Assembly: GCA_963695555.1 (NCBI GenBank)
Contig: CAVOGR010000002.1
Coordinates: forward strand, 128,001-192,000
Direction of reading: 5' to 3'
Length of the DNA stretch: 64,000 nt
Source of the DNA: an uncultured Gemmatimonadales bacterium
Lineage (GTDB): Bacteria > Gemmatimonadota > Gemmatimonadetes > Gemmatimonadales > GWC2-71-9
The translations under genes and the position numbers were made by a program. The first letter of the stretch is position 1. Each line of letters starts with the position of its first letter. Below are positions 38,321 to 48,622 of this stretch, in pieces. The notes below the pieces were generated by a model. It did not search any database. It was not told the origin of the DNA and worked only from the letters and a program-made list of their open reading frames with translations.

Positions 38321-39466
38321 CTATGCGGCGTTCGCGTGAAGCTGGGCCATGGCCCAACGGTACTCATCGACCAGGCCTTCGTAAATCCCATCCCACGACC
38401 GGGCTCGAGCCGTCTCGATGGCGCCTTCGGTCAGTTGTCGACGTAACGCCGAGTCGTGGAGCAGCCGGTCGAGCCCGGCCAACATCGCTTCCGAACTGTC
38501 CGGGGCTACGAGCCAGGCGTTGCGGCCATGGACCGCAAATTCGAGCACCCCGCCGGCGGCCGTGACGATGGAGGGTAGCCCGCTCCCCATCGCCTCGAGC
38601 AAGACATTGCCGAAGGTCTCGGTTGATGACGGAAAGACGAAGAGGTCGGCAGATGCGTAGGCTTCGGAAAGCTCTCTACCGTGCTTGAGGCCTGCCACCC
38701 GGACCCCGGGAATGTTTCGCTGGCGGATGGCCTCTTTTAGCGGACCGTGCCCCACCAAGACCAGCTGTGCGCCTTCGCGCCGCATCCCCAACAACTCCCA
38801 TGCCTCGAGCAACAGGTCCAGGTTTTTTTCTTTGGCAATCCGGCCGATGTAGGTCACCAGTGCGTCGGTCGGACCGACTCCCATCGCTAGGCGATACGCT
38901 TCACTTCGGAATCTCGGATGAAATTCTGCAGGGTTGATCCCGCGGCTCCAGATGCCCGTGTGGAACACACCGCGGCTGTGCAGGTGCTGCTCGTACAGCT
39001 TACTGGGGCAGAGCACTCGTGCCGCGTGGTCATAGAACCACCGCAGGTACGGCCATCCCGCTCTCACAGCCCATTCCATCCCGTAGCGCGACGCGTATTT
39101 CTCGTAATCCGTGTGCGCCGATGCGACGACCGGCACGTCCAGCTTCCGCGCCACCTTGAGACCGGCGAGCCCCATGGCATACTCGGTGGCCACGTGGACG
39201 ACATCCGGCCGGAAGGCTTGAGCGTCACTCAAGAGATCTCGGCCCCGCGGGAAGGCCCACTGAACATCCCGATAGAGGAAGAAGGGAAGACTGGGAGAGC
39301 GGTGGACCTCGGGCCGATCGGCAGAGCCTTCTGGCAGGTCGTACGACGCAGTATAGACCCGCACCTCATGCCCGCGGGCTTGGAGTGCCTCGGTCAGCCT
39401 GAGCAGGGTAACCCCCACTCCGCTCACCATCGGCCAATAGACCTCTGAAAAGACCGCGATTCGCAG
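38321..39466 (-). CDS. GT4 family glycosyltransferase (start uncertain, CTG 39466 proposed)
   Basis: LRIAVFSEVYWPMVSGV, GRIAKEKN, ETFGNVLLEAMGSGLP. Confidence 0.9.
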   Translation of the reverse strand: MRIAVFSEVYWPMVSGVGVTLLRLTEALQARGHEVRVYTASYDLPEGSADRPEVHRSPSLPFFLYRDVQWAFPRGRDLLSDAQAFRPDVVHVATEYAMGLAGLKVARKLDVPVVASAHTDYEKYASRYGMEWAVRAGWPYLRWFYDHAARVLCPSKLYEQHLHSRGVFHTGIWSRGINPAEFHPRFRSEAYRLAMGVGPTDALVTYIGRIAKEKNLDLLLEAWELLGMRREGAQLVLVGHGPLKEAIRQRNIPGVRVAGLKHGRELSEAYASADLFVFPSSTETFGNVLLEAMGSGLPSIVTAAGGVLEFAVHGRNAWLVAPDSSEAMLAGLDRLLHDSALRRQLTEGAIETARARSWDGIYEGLVDEYRWAMAQLHANAA

Positions 39467-39625
39467 GTGTTGGCTCCTTCAAGAATCCGTCGGACTGCGC
39501 CTTCCGCCGATCGACCTCCAGTATCATACAAGGTAGCCGGTGACTGTTGATCCAGGGTAGAACGGGGGTAGGATCAGGGAGGCGGATCTCCCGCCTACCC
39601 GTACCGAGACACCACCTGGGGCCCC

Positions 39626-40732
39626 ATGCGCGACCTCCTACAGGACATCGAACGATTCAAGGCGTCCGGCCAGGCGTTCGGCCGAGCCGTGGTCACCACA
39701 GTGTGGGGTTCGGCTCCCAGACCAGCAGGGGCTTGCCTCCTGGCTGATGGACACGGTGCGCTGGCCGGATCGGTCTCAGGCGGGTGCATCGAAGCCGCAA
39801 CCGCGGCGGAAATAGCGGCAGCCATTGACGCAGGACGTCCTCGGCTCGTGGAATTTGGTGTCACGAACGAGCGAGCCTGGGAAGTCGGGCTTGCCTGTGG
39901 CGGTACGATCGAACTGTTGGTGGAGCCGGTCGTCCGAGAGGAGGCCATCGCAGCGGCGATTGGTCCATCGGGCGCGGTTCTGGCAACCGTTCTCGAGAGC
40001 CCTTCCGGCCTAGGGGCAGCGCTGCTGATCGACGAGCACGGCGACGACATGGTACCGCTACCTGCAGCCGGCAACCGAGCGGAGGCGACCGATGGAAGCC
40101 GTGAGTTGCAGGCGCTCGGGCAGGCTCTCATCGGCCCTGCCCTGGAAGCACTCGCGCAGCACGCCAGTCGCACACAACAGTTCACCACTGAAGCTGGTTC
40201 TTCCGTGACGGTGTTCTTTGAGGTGTTTCCGCGGGCGGCCAAGCTGGTGATCTTCGGGGGGGTCCACATCGCGCGGGCGCTCGTTCCCATGGCGCGACTG
40301 CTTGGCTATCGCACCATCGTGGCCGACGGGCGCCAGCCGTTTCTCACCCGCGAGCGATTCCCCGACGCCGACGAACTCATCCTCGGCTGGCCAGCGGAGG
40401 CCTTCGAGCAAGCGGGGCTCGACGCCGCCACTTCGGTGTGCGTGCTGACTCACGATCCCAAATTTGACGACCCCGCCTTGGAGATCGCCCTCCGGTCTCC
40501 GGCCGCCTACGTGGGCGCCATCGGGTCGCGAAAGACCCAGACGGCCCGGCGCCAGCGGTTGAAGTCCGCGGGGTTGTCGGATAAAGAGCTGGACCGTCTC
40601 CACGGCCCGATCGGCTTGGATCTCGGCGGTCGTGAGCCCGCGGAGATCGCCCTCGCTATCCTGGCCGAGATGACCGCCGTGCGGCACGCGTCGTCAAACG
40701 TGCCATCCAGGCCTGGCGCGCGCCGCCCGTGA
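39626..40732 (+). CDS. xdhC: XdhC/CoxI family molybdoenzyme maturation factor
   Basis: GSAPR, GSVSGGCIE, GLACGG, THDPKFD, YVGAIGSR, PIGLDLG. Confidence 0.9.
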   Translation: MRDLLQDIERFKASGQAFGRAVVTTVWGSAPRPAGACLLADGHGALAGSVSGGCIEAATAAEIAAAIDAGRPRLVEFGVTNERAWEVGLACGGTIELLVEPVVREEAIAAAIGPSGAVLATVLESPSGLGAALLIDEHGDDMVPLPAAGNRAEATDGSRELQALGQALIGPALEALAQHASRTQQFTTEAGSSVTVFFEVFPRAAKLVIFGGVHIARALVPMARLLGYRTIVADGRQPFLTRERFPDADELILGWPAEAFEQAGLDAATSVCVLTHDPKFDDPALEIALRSPAAYVGAIGSRKTQTARRQRLKSAGLSDKELDRLHGPIGLDLGGREPAEIALAILAEMTAVRHASSNVPSRPGARRP

Positions 40733-40739
40733 TGCCTGC

Positions 40740-40780
40740 GATGATGGTCGAATTCTCCAGAAGTCATCGGATGGCGCAGC
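40740..40780 (+). repeat. 41-bp intergenic direct repeat, copy 1
   Basis: GATGATGGTCGAATTCTCCAGAAGTCATCGGATGGCGCAGC; 35/41 identical to 42920-42960. Confidence 0.85.
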
Positions 40781-40858
40781 AGCCGCGTTCTTCGTGGGTG
40801 TCGACTTTCCTGGATCGTCGCGCCGGTTTGGCTGCTGGCTGGCAGATCCCTGATCCGG

Positions 40859-42766
40859 TCAGGAGTCGCTGTGGTGCTTGAGCGCCACCTCGACCTCCTC
40901 GAAACCGGCCATTAGGCGTGCGACGTGGTCCGCGATCTCGCCCGCCGCGATCAGGTTGGTGGTGAGCCCTTCCACGGTCCCGCTGCCGGCAGTGAGGCGG
41001 AGCAGAGTCAATCGGATGGTCTCGAGCGCCGCCACAACGTCGGAGAGTTGCCGTTCGGCCTGCTCGCGGGTCTCACGCAGGTCGGCAGGTAGCCGGACGT
41101 TGCGCGGAAGCCCCAACGATTCAGCCTCGGTGAGGAGCGTCACCGATTCGCGGAGGCGGGTCGCGTCGGCCTCCAACTTGAGGAGCATGGCCGGCACGTC
41201 CCCAACCTGCTTGCGAACGTCCTTGGGCAGCGCTTGAAACAAGGCTTCGGCGGCCAGCCCGATCTGCAACTCGGTCGGCCGATGCGTGGCACGCACTTCC
41301 GTGATCCGTTTGCCGAGACCCAGGCCGCTGACCGCCACGATCGCGCGCCCGAACCGGCTCTGCCAGAAGCGGAGCCGCCTCTCAGCCTTCTTGAGCGACC
41401 GCTCCTCTTCGTCCTGGCCCGCTGAGAGCAGCAGCCCCGCCACAGACGCCCCACCGATGACGGTCAGAAGCAGAACCCGCCACTCGTAGGCGAGCGGCAT
41501 CGGCAACATGAGCACGTCCCCCAGCAGCACGCTCGTCCAGAACGCCGCCCATGAGCCGCCAAGTCCCGCCAGTGACGCCTTGCGCAGCGCCGAGCGGATG
41601 CGCCCAATGGTGCCCTTCTTCCTAAGTGGCGCCTCTTCCTTGCGCTGCTCTAGATCCTGCCGCAGGCCCAACTCGAGGTCCGCGATCGTGTTCCCGGAAG
41701 CCAACAAGCGGCGGATGCGCGGCGGCACCAGGACTGCGGGAATCCCGGCAGCAACCGCAGCATAGAAAGCCGGCATCCACCATAAGTCCGGTACCTGAAC
41801 GATGGCGATGACCATCGGCAAGGAGGCGAGCGCCGCAATGGCGGCGTAGGCCGGTGCATCACCGCCGAAGTCGATCGGATCGTAGAGGAACGTCCGCACC
41901 GCAACCGGAACCTGCTTGCGGGCGGCGCTCACGGCATCGAGCGCTTCCGCGAAGGCCTCGGTGGAGGCGAAGCGCTCCGCAGGGTCCTTCCTGAGACACA
42001 CGTCCAAGATCCGCGCGAGACGCCGAGGCGCGGCAGGCGCGGCCGAGCTGACGTGTAGAACGGGACCGGTTTGCACTGCCTCGAGCGTCGCGGCCGCGCT
42101 GTCCGACTCAAAGGGGAGGGTGCCGCTCAGCGAGTAGTAGGCCACCATGCCGAGTGAGTAGAGGTCACTGCGCCCGTCCATGCACTCTCCCCTCGCCTGC
42201 TCCGGGCTCATAAACTCGATGGTGCCGACGATCTCCCCTTCACCCCGTGCCATCGTGTCCCCCACGATACCGGCGATCCCAAAGTCTGCGACCAGTGCGC
42301 GGCCGGTCCCTTCTTCGACCAGGATGTTGTCGGGCTTCACATCCCGATGGATGATGCCCTGTGCGTGCGCGTACGAGAGTGCGAAGCCCACGTCTCGGAG
42401 TACGCGCATGCACTCTGACGGCGACAGCGGGCCGCGGCGGCGGATGCGCTGGCCCAGGGTCTCGCCCGGCACATACGCCATGGCAAAGAAGACAAAACGG
42501 CCGACCTCGTCGACCGAGTAGATCGGAACGATGTTGGGGTGCGAGAGCTTGGCCGAGGTGCGCGCCTCGCGCAGGAACCGCGCCCGCAGATCCTCGTCCC
42601 TGGCCAAGTGCTCGGGCAACACCTTGAGGGCTACGGGACGATCGAGCCTCACGTCCAGGGCGAGGTAGACGATCCCCATGCCTCCCCGACCCAGCTCCAT
42701 CTCAAGCGAATACCGACCTGCCAGGGCCTCCTGGAGGGCAAGGAACTGTGCATCGGGTTGTGGCAT
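40859..42766 (-). CDS. Hanks-type Ser/Thr protein kinase with internal TM helices
   Basis: LGRGGMGIVY, VALK, HRDVKPDN, DFG, MSPEQ, SDLYSLG. Confidence 0.93.
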   Translation of the reverse strand: MPQPDAQFLALQEALAGRYSLEMELGRGGMGIVYLALDVRLDRPVALKVLPEHLARDEDLRARFLREARTSAKLSHPNIVPIYSVDEVGRFVFFAMAYVPGETLGQRIRRRGPLSPSECMRVLRDVGFALSYAHAQGIIHRDVKPDNILVEEGTGRALVADFGIAGIVGDTMARGEGEIVGTIEFMSPEQARGECMDGRSDLYSLGMVAYYSLSGTLPFESDSAAATLEAVQTGPVLHVSSAAPAAPRRLARILDVCLRKDPAERFASTEAFAEALDAVSAARKQVPVAVRTFLYDPIDFGGDAPAYAAIAALASLPMVIAIVQVPDLWWMPAFYAAVAAGIPAVLVPPRIRRLLASGNTIADLELGLRQDLEQRKEEAPLRKKGTIGRIRSALRKASLAGLGGSWAAFWTSVLLGDVLMLPMPLAYEWRVLLLTVIGGASVAGLLLSAGQDEEERSLKKAERRLRFWQSRFGRAIVAVSGLGLGKRITEVRATHRPTELQIGLAAEALFQALPKDVRKQVGDVPAMLLKLEADATRLRESVTLLTEAESLGLPRNVRLPADLRETREQAERQLSDVVAALETIRLTLLRLTAGSGTVEGLTTNLIAAGEIADHVARLMAGFEEVEVALKHHSDS

Positions 42767-42919
42767 AGGTGACAGATTGCCCTCCGGGGAGCCCGAGGGT
42801 CAAGGATGCTCTCCCCGTCCCTACCCCTCGTGACGCCGGCAGCATAACATGGATGCACCCTCACCGCACGCACCCAGACTGGTGAGGATAACCGTTTCTC
42901 TCGCGTCGTAGCAGGAGAG

Positions 42920-42960
42920 GATGACGGTCGAATTCTCCACAGGACATCGGATGGCGTCGC
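42920..42960 (+). repeat. 41-bp intergenic direct repeat, copy 2
   Basis: GATGACGGTCGAATTCTCCACAGGACATCGGATGGCGTCGC. Confidence 0.85.
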
Positions 42961-43044
42961 TCGTGGCGCCTGTTTCCAACCAGCGCTACACTTGGCTGAC
43001 GGCGCGCGAGGTGTCTCGCGCCGACCCCAGGACGAGGGAGCATC

Positions 43045-44730
43045 ATGATTCCACGGAAGACGGCGGCCATTCTTCTCGGTTCGGCTGCGCTGATCGCGTC
43101 GTGTGAGGCCCCACCCACCTATGACGTGATCATACGAGGCGGAACAGTCTACGACGGAAGGGGCGGCCAACCAGTCGCCGCCGACATTGCCATTCAGGGT
43201 GATTCGGTGGTCGAGGTTGCCCAGTTCATCGAGGGACGGGCCCGCACCACGATCGACGCCCATGGATTGGCCGTGGCGCCCGGCTTCATCAACATGCTGA
43301 GCTGGGCCACGGAGAGTCTGATCGAGGACGGCCGGGGCGAAAGCGACATCCGCCAAGGCGTGACGCTGGAGGTGTTCGGCGAAGGGTGGTCGATGGGCCC
43401 GCTGACCGACTCGATGAAAGCCGACATGGTGGCGGAGCAAGGTGACGTCAGGTTCGATATCCAGTGGACCACGCTGGGCGAATACCTCGACCATCTCATC
43501 GCGCGCGGCGTATCGCCAAACGTTGCTTCCTTTGTCGGTGCCACGACCGTGCGCATCCATGAAATCGGCTATGAGGATCGGGCACCGACGGCGGATGAAC
43601 TCGATCGCATGCGTGGCCTCGTCGCCGCCGCCATGGAGGAAGGGGCTATGGGGGTGGGCTCGTCTCTCATCTACGCCCCGGCCTTCTATGCTTCGACAGC
43701 GGAGTTGACCGCCTTGGCCGAAGTCGCCGGCGGGTACGGCGGCATGTACATCTCCCATCTCCGGAGCGAGGGAGACCGTCTCCTGCCGGCCCTCGACGAA
43801 TTTCTCGCGATCGCCAAGACAGCCGGCGTCCGAGCGGAAGTGTACCACCTCAAGGCTGCAGGGCAGCGCAATTGGCCCCGTCTCGACACCGCGATCGAGC
43901 GTATCGAGCTGGCGCGCGCGGATGGGCTCGAGATCACCGCCGACATGTACACCTATACCGCCGGAGCGACTGGCCTCGATGCCGCGATGCCGCCGTGGGT
44001 CCAAGAAGGCGGACTCCTGGCCTGGATCGATCGCCTCGGGGACCCGGCGGTGCGCGCACGGGTGAGACGGGAAATGCTCGCCCCATCGACTCGCTGGGAG
44101 AATCTCTACGCGGCGGCCGGCGGTGCCGACCAAGTGCTCCTGGTCGGCTTCAAGCAGGACTCACTCAAGTACCTGACCGGGAAGACCCTATCGGAAGTCG
44201 CCACCATGCGCGGTGCATCACCGGAAGACGTGGCGATGGACTTGGTGATGCAGGATGGAAGCCGCGTGGGTACGGTGTATTTCCTCATGTCCGAGGACAA
44301 CGTGCGGCGGAAAGTCGGCGTGGCCTGGGTTCACTTCGGTTCCGATGCAGGGTCACTGGCACCGGCCGGGGTATTTCTCCGTTCCAATCCGCATCCGCGG
44401 GCGTACGGAAACTTTGCCAGGCTGCTGGGACGGTACGTCCGGGAGGAGCGCGTCATCCCCCTTGAAGAGGCCATCCACCGGCTCACGGGAGCGTCAGCCG
44501 AGACGTTGCGTCTCGAGCGGCGTGGTGTTCTCGCGCCGGGGTTCTATGCCGACCTAGCGATCTTCGATCCCCGGACGATCATCGACAACGCGACCTACGA
44601 CCGACCCCACCAATTCGCCACCGGAATGGTGCATGTCTTGGTCAACGGCGTCCCGGTGCTGCTGGACGGAGAGCATACCGGGGCAATGCCCGGGCGGGTG
44701 GTGCGCGGTCCAGGCTGGAAGGGGCGCTAG
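43045..44730 (+). CDS. N-acyl-D-amino-acid deacylase family lipoprotein
   Basis: Lipobox-like LIASC; IRGGTVYDG, APGFI, SHLRSE, HPRAYGNF, ADLAIFDP. Confidence 0.88.
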   Translation: MIPRKTAAILLGSAALIASCEAPPTYDVIIRGGTVYDGRGGQPVAADIAIQGDSVVEVAQFIEGRARTTIDAHGLAVAPGFINMLSWATESLIEDGRGESDIRQGVTLEVFGEGWSMGPLTDSMKADMVAEQGDVRFDIQWTTLGEYLDHLIARGVSPNVASFVGATTVRIHEIGYEDRAPTADELDRMRGLVAAAMEEGAMGVGSSLIYAPAFYASTAELTALAEVAGGYGGMYISHLRSEGDRLLPALDEFLAIAKTAGVRAEVYHLKAAGQRNWPRLDTAIERIELARADGLEITADMYTYTAGATGLDAAMPPWVQEGGLLAWIDRLGDPAVRARVRREMLAPSTRWENLYAAAGGADQVLLVGFKQDSLKYLTGKTLSEVATMRGASPEDVAMDLVMQDGSRVGTVYFLMSEDNVRRKVGVAWVHFGSDAGSLAPAGVFLRSNPHPRAYGNFARLLGRYVREERVIPLEEAIHRLTGASAETLRLERRGVLAPGFYADLAIFDPRTIIDNATYDRPHQFATGMVHVLVNGVPVLLDGEHTGAMPGRVVRGPGWKGR

Positions 44731-44732
44731 CC

Positions 44733-45929
44733 TTGTCGAGGTTCGATAACGTGAGTCCGGTCTCCGACGCGGCTTTCGCCGATCGCCTGGTCGCCACCCG
44801 ACGGGATCTCCACCGGCACCCCGAGCTGAGCTGGCAGGAACGACGCACCTCGCAACAAATCCACCAGGCGCTCGAGCGGCTCGGCATCCGGACCCGGCGG
44901 AGTGTTGCGGGCACCGGCATCATCGCCGACATCCCAGGGGAGAGCGAGGGCCTCGGCGTGGCCCTCCGGGCCGACATCGACGCCCTGCCGATTACGGAGG
45001 AAACGGGCCTGCCCTTTACCTCGGCGCATGAAGGGGTGATGCACGCCTGCGGGCACGACGCGCACACGAGCATGTTGCTCGGGGCCGCAGAACTCCTGCT
45101 CGCCGGTCCTCCCCTGCCTACCCCAGTCCGGCTCATCTTCCAGCCTGCCGAAGAGCTGGCCGGCGGCGCCATCGCCATGATCGAGGATGGAGCCTTGGAT
45201 GGCATGGCCATGATTTTCGGCGGGCACGTGGATCGACATTTCCCTACCGGCACCATCGTGGTGACCGATGGCGTCGTGAATGCGTCGACCGATGCGTTCC
45301 GAATCGATATCACCGGGCGCGGTGGACACGCCGCTCGGCCACATGAGGGCGTCGACGCGGTTGTGGTCGGAAGTCTTCTGGTGATGTCGCTTCAGACCAT
45401 CGTCTCACGTGAAGTCAATCCTGCCCACCCCTCGGTGGTCACCATCGGACGGTTCGATGCCGGTACCGCGTCGAACGTGATCGCCAGTCGTGCCGTGCTC
45501 GAAGGAACGATTCGGGCACAGGAAGAGGCGGTTCGCACGCACTTGATCGACGCGTTGCAACGAATCGCAACCGCGGTTGGCCAGCTCCATGGCGCCGCTA
45601 TTCGGGTCACGGTCGCGGGCAGCACCCCCTGTCTGGTCAACACGCCGCCCATGACGGCCCTGGCGCGTGACGCTGCGCAAGCCGTCGTCGGCCCGGATCA
45701 GGTGGCAACCCTCCAAGTCGCCAACATGGGCGGCGAAGATTTTGCCTATTATCTCCACCGGCTTCCGGGATGCTACGTTCGCTTTGGCGCCCAAGCGCCA
45801 GGCCGGGAAGCCTACCCCGCTCATTCGAGCAAGTTCGATATCGATGAGGGTGTGTTGCCGCTCGGGGCACGCTTCTTCTCGGCATTGGCGCGGCTCGCCG
45901 GCGCCCGGATATCCGAGGACAGCCGGTAG
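44733..45929 (+). CDS. M20 family amidohydrolase
   Basis: HRHPELS, LRADIDALP, MHACGHDAH, QPAEE, GEDF. Confidence 0.92.
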   Translation: MSRFDNVSPVSDAAFADRLVATRRDLHRHPELSWQERRTSQQIHQALERLGIRTRRSVAGTGIIADIPGESEGLGVALRADIDALPITEETGLPFTSAHEGVMHACGHDAHTSMLLGAAELLLAGPPLPTPVRLIFQPAEELAGGAIAMIEDGALDGMAMIFGGHVDRHFPTGTIVVTDGVVNASTDAFRIDITGRGGHAARPHEGVDAVVVGSLLVMSLQTIVSREVNPAHPSVVTIGRFDAGTASNVIASRAVLEGTIRAQEEAVRTHLIDALQRIATAVGQLHGAAIRVTVAGSTPCLVNTPPMTALARDAAQAVVGPDQVATLQVANMGGEDFAYYLHRLPGCYVRFGAQAPGREAYPAHSSKFDIDEGVLPLGARFFSALARLAGARISEDSR

Positions 45930-45941
45930 GCAGAAAAGCGC

Positions 45942-47777
45942 TTACTCGGGTGTCGCCGACGTGACGCCATCGAGCCGGTACTCGAGCGCAGCGCGCTCAA
46001 CCGCCCGACGTTCCGCGTAGACCGGCGCCGCAAGCTGCAGCTGCAATGCTCGACTCACCGGCACCACCATCACACTCGGGGTCCACGTCACGCTCGCGCC
46101 CGTCTTCACATCGCGCAGACGCCCATGGGCCAGCGCCCGGCTGGCTTCCGGAACGGAGAGGCCCCCGAGTGCCGCGTGGAAGGCATCGAATCGGGCTTGC
46201 GCCGCAGGATCCAGGAACCGCAGGATCCGCTGTCCCAGGGCGGCCATGTAGTAATGTGACGGGACAAACGCGATGCCATCGAGACCGAGGGCCTCGCACA
46301 GCGTTCGGAGCCAGCCGTAGACTTCCCGGAGCATCCCGAGTCCAGGATGGGCTTGGCCTGGAAGCGGTGGGTGGTCGGGCGAGAATGCGGCCTGGGGGTT
46401 CTGGAGCAGGAGCCACTCGATGAAGAGCATATCGCGTCCGGGCACGACCCGTCGGCTGCGGGCCATTTTCAGCTCCATGAGCAGGGGGCTCTGCTCCGAG
46501 TCCGCATGGAGACGAATCGTCGGGGCTGCACCGTGGCCTGACACGATAGTGAGGGTCGGGTTGGAAAAGCCGAGCGCGCGAATTTGGGTCAGAATCCCCA
46601 GCCGCTCCAGCATGAGCTCGATGCCATGCTTCGAGTAGTGACCCAACACGCGCTCCTCGATCCCGGTACGACCGACCGAGCCGAGCAGCTCCTCCTCCGT
46701 CAGATCCCAACCCTCACCGCTTGCGGGAGTCGATAGCTCGGGATGCCGGAAGAGGCGCATAAACCGGCGGAAGCTTCTCACCACTGCCTCCGTCTGGTCC
46801 GGAGGCTCGAGCACCCGCCCGGAAACGAGCCATCCTAGAAAGCGCGCCGAATATCGCCACGCCGCGTCGCCGTATCCTCCGCCCAGCACCACCGCGACGG
46901 CCGGGGCAGGCGCCTGGGCACGGAGCGATTCAATCACGTATCGATCGCGCGCCAGGATTCCGGCGGCGGTCATGTTCCAGTCACCCAATCGGTCGTCGGC
47001 TGCAGCATCCGTGCCGGCGATGTACATCACCAGCCCCGGGCGGTGAGTCCGCAAGACGGCCGGCAACTCCCGCTGCACGGTGTCGAGCAAAAGCTCGTCG
47101 GACACTCCGGGCCCCAGTGCTATGGTGGTGTCGGCAATGGCAGGCGCATCATCCCAAGTTGAGTGATGGATCGAGAAGGTGTAGACCGACCTATCCGCCG
47201 CAAACGCGGCCCGTGTGCCATTGCCGTCGTGCATGTCCAAATCGAGGACGAGTACCGGGCGATTGTAGCCCTTGCGGCGCAGCCGGGTGACACTCACCGC
47301 AACATCGTTGAAGACGCAAAACCCCATCCCGCGTTCCGGGGTGGCATGATGGAAGCCACCGCCGAGATTGACGCCCACGCGCCTGCTTCGAAGGGCCATG
47401 CGTGTCGCCTGCACAGTGCCGCCCACCATCAGTCGCTGGAGGTCGAGGACGTCCTCGAGTTGCGAGGCAGTGACTTCGACACCCAGAATGCTGGTGAGGG
47501 TTGCGGGGTCCTGGAGGCTGTCCAGATACTCCGACGAGTGCACCTCCAACAAGCGGTGGAGGGACACCGGCTTTGGCGTTGACAGATCTCTCCGGCCGAT
47601 GAAGCGTTCTTCGGTGAGAAAGGCCAATATCCGCTCCGCACGGAGCGGATCCATGGGAACCCCCGAAACACTCTTGGCATACCTCGGGTCGTAGACCAGG
47701 GCAGCGGGGGATCTGCGGAACCGACGCCGGACCGTGTTCCACAGTCGTTCGAGAGCTGGAAGCGGGCGTTCAGTCAC
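45942..47777 (-). CDS. Histone deacetylase family protein with C-terminal extra domain
   Basis: GGFHHA, GFCVFND, DLDMHDGNG, AGTD, GGGY; about 250-aa extension. Confidence 0.88.
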   Translation of the reverse strand: MTERPLPALERLWNTVRRRFRRSPAALVYDPRYAKSVSGVPMDPLRAERILAFLTEERFIGRRDLSTPKPVSLHRLLEVHSSEYLDSLQDPATLTSILGVEVTASQLEDVLDLQRLMVGGTVQATRMALRSRRVGVNLGGGFHHATPERGMGFCVFNDVAVSVTRLRRKGYNRPVLVLDLDMHDGNGTRAAFAADRSVYTFSIHHSTWDDAPAIADTTIALGPGVSDELLLDTVQRELPAVLRTHRPGLVMYIAGTDAAADDRLGDWNMTAAGILARDRYVIESLRAQAPAPAVAVVLGGGYGDAAWRYSARFLGWLVSGRVLEPPDQTEAVVRSFRRFMRLFRHPELSTPASGEGWDLTEEELLGSVGRTGIEERVLGHYSKHGIELMLERLGILTQIRALGFSNPTLTIVSGHGAAPTIRLHADSEQSPLLMELKMARSRRVVPGRDMLFIEWLLLQNPQAAFSPDHPPLPGQAHPGLGMLREVYGWLRTLCEALGLDGIAFVPSHYYMAALGQRILRFLDPAAQARFDAFHAALGGLSVPEASRALAHGRLRDVKTGASVTWTPSVMVVPVSRALQLQLAAPVYAERRAVERAALEYRLDGVTSATPE

Positions 47778-47810
47778 CAGGTTCTCTGGGCCGTGGCCGG
47801 TTCAACGAAA

Positions 47811-48503
47811 TCAGAAACTGGTCCCGAGTCCGGCGTGCAAGTGAAGGCCGACATTCTGTACGGTGGCATGGCCGTCGGGCATGGGAATTCGGGCGTACGA
47901 CCCCGACACTTTGGCAGCGAGGGCCAGGTGGAGGTGGTCGACAACCGGGAAGTTCCGTTGGGCGGCCAACAGCAGACTGCCCCCAGCGATGTAGTACCCC
48001 GATCCGATGACCGAGTGCAGAAAGCCTGCATCCTCCCGCTCACCGACGCCCCTGATATTTACGTCGGGGTTTGCAATGACGGCCCCCGCACCGGCTGAGA
48101 GGGTCAGGTGCCCCAGCCGCCAGCCACGACTCACCGAGAGGATACTAAAACCGTTCGATATCTCGAATCGTGCGATCTCGGGTGGAACCTCGTCTTCCCA
48201 ATACAGCTTGTGATGCAAGAACCCAACGATCCAGCCCCTTGTGCCGCGCCAGAACCCCACTTGAAGATCAAAATACGGGGCGGACTTGAACGGGTGGGTC
48301 AAAAACCTGACATCGTCGACATGGATGTCAGGGAAGCTTTTTTGCGTAATCGTGAGCGGCGTGCGCAAATTGAATGCGTCGCCGGTAGCCAGATCGATAG
48401 AAACCTGAGCGCTGAGCCGTCCGCCGCCGCCGAGGCAACAGAGCGCGGTGGCCGCAAGGAGCCGTCGCCAAGGCAGCGGTGAGGCAACCACATTCAACTC
48501 CAA
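47811..48503 (-). CDS. Hypothetical outer-membrane beta-barrel protein
   Basis: Signal peptide, amphipathic strands, terminal Phe (HAGLGTSF). Confidence 0.65.
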   Translation of the reverse strand: MELNVVASPLPWRRLLAATALCCLGGGGRLSAQVSIDLATGDAFNLRTPLTITQKSFPDIHVDDVRFLTHPFKSAPYFDLQVGFWRGTRGWIVGFLHHKLYWEDEVPPEIARFEISNGFSILSVSRGWRLGHLTLSAGAGAVIANPDVNIRGVGEREDAGFLHSVIGSGYYIAGGSLLLAAQRNFPVVDHLHLALAAKVSGSYARIPMPDGHATVQNVGLHLHAGLGTSF

Positions 48504-48622
48504 GTTCGAGTGACGCTCTACATCATATCAGAGATCGAAAACGAAGCCAACCACGGGAACGGGATGGATGGGACTCGTATGCCTGGTCTCGGCTGGATTG
48601 GCCGAAAAGATGCAGGTGACCA

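Noticed and set aside
39545..39610. Moco riboswitch upstream of xdhC
   Set aside because: Only a GC-rich hairpin is visible; no recognisable Moco motif elements
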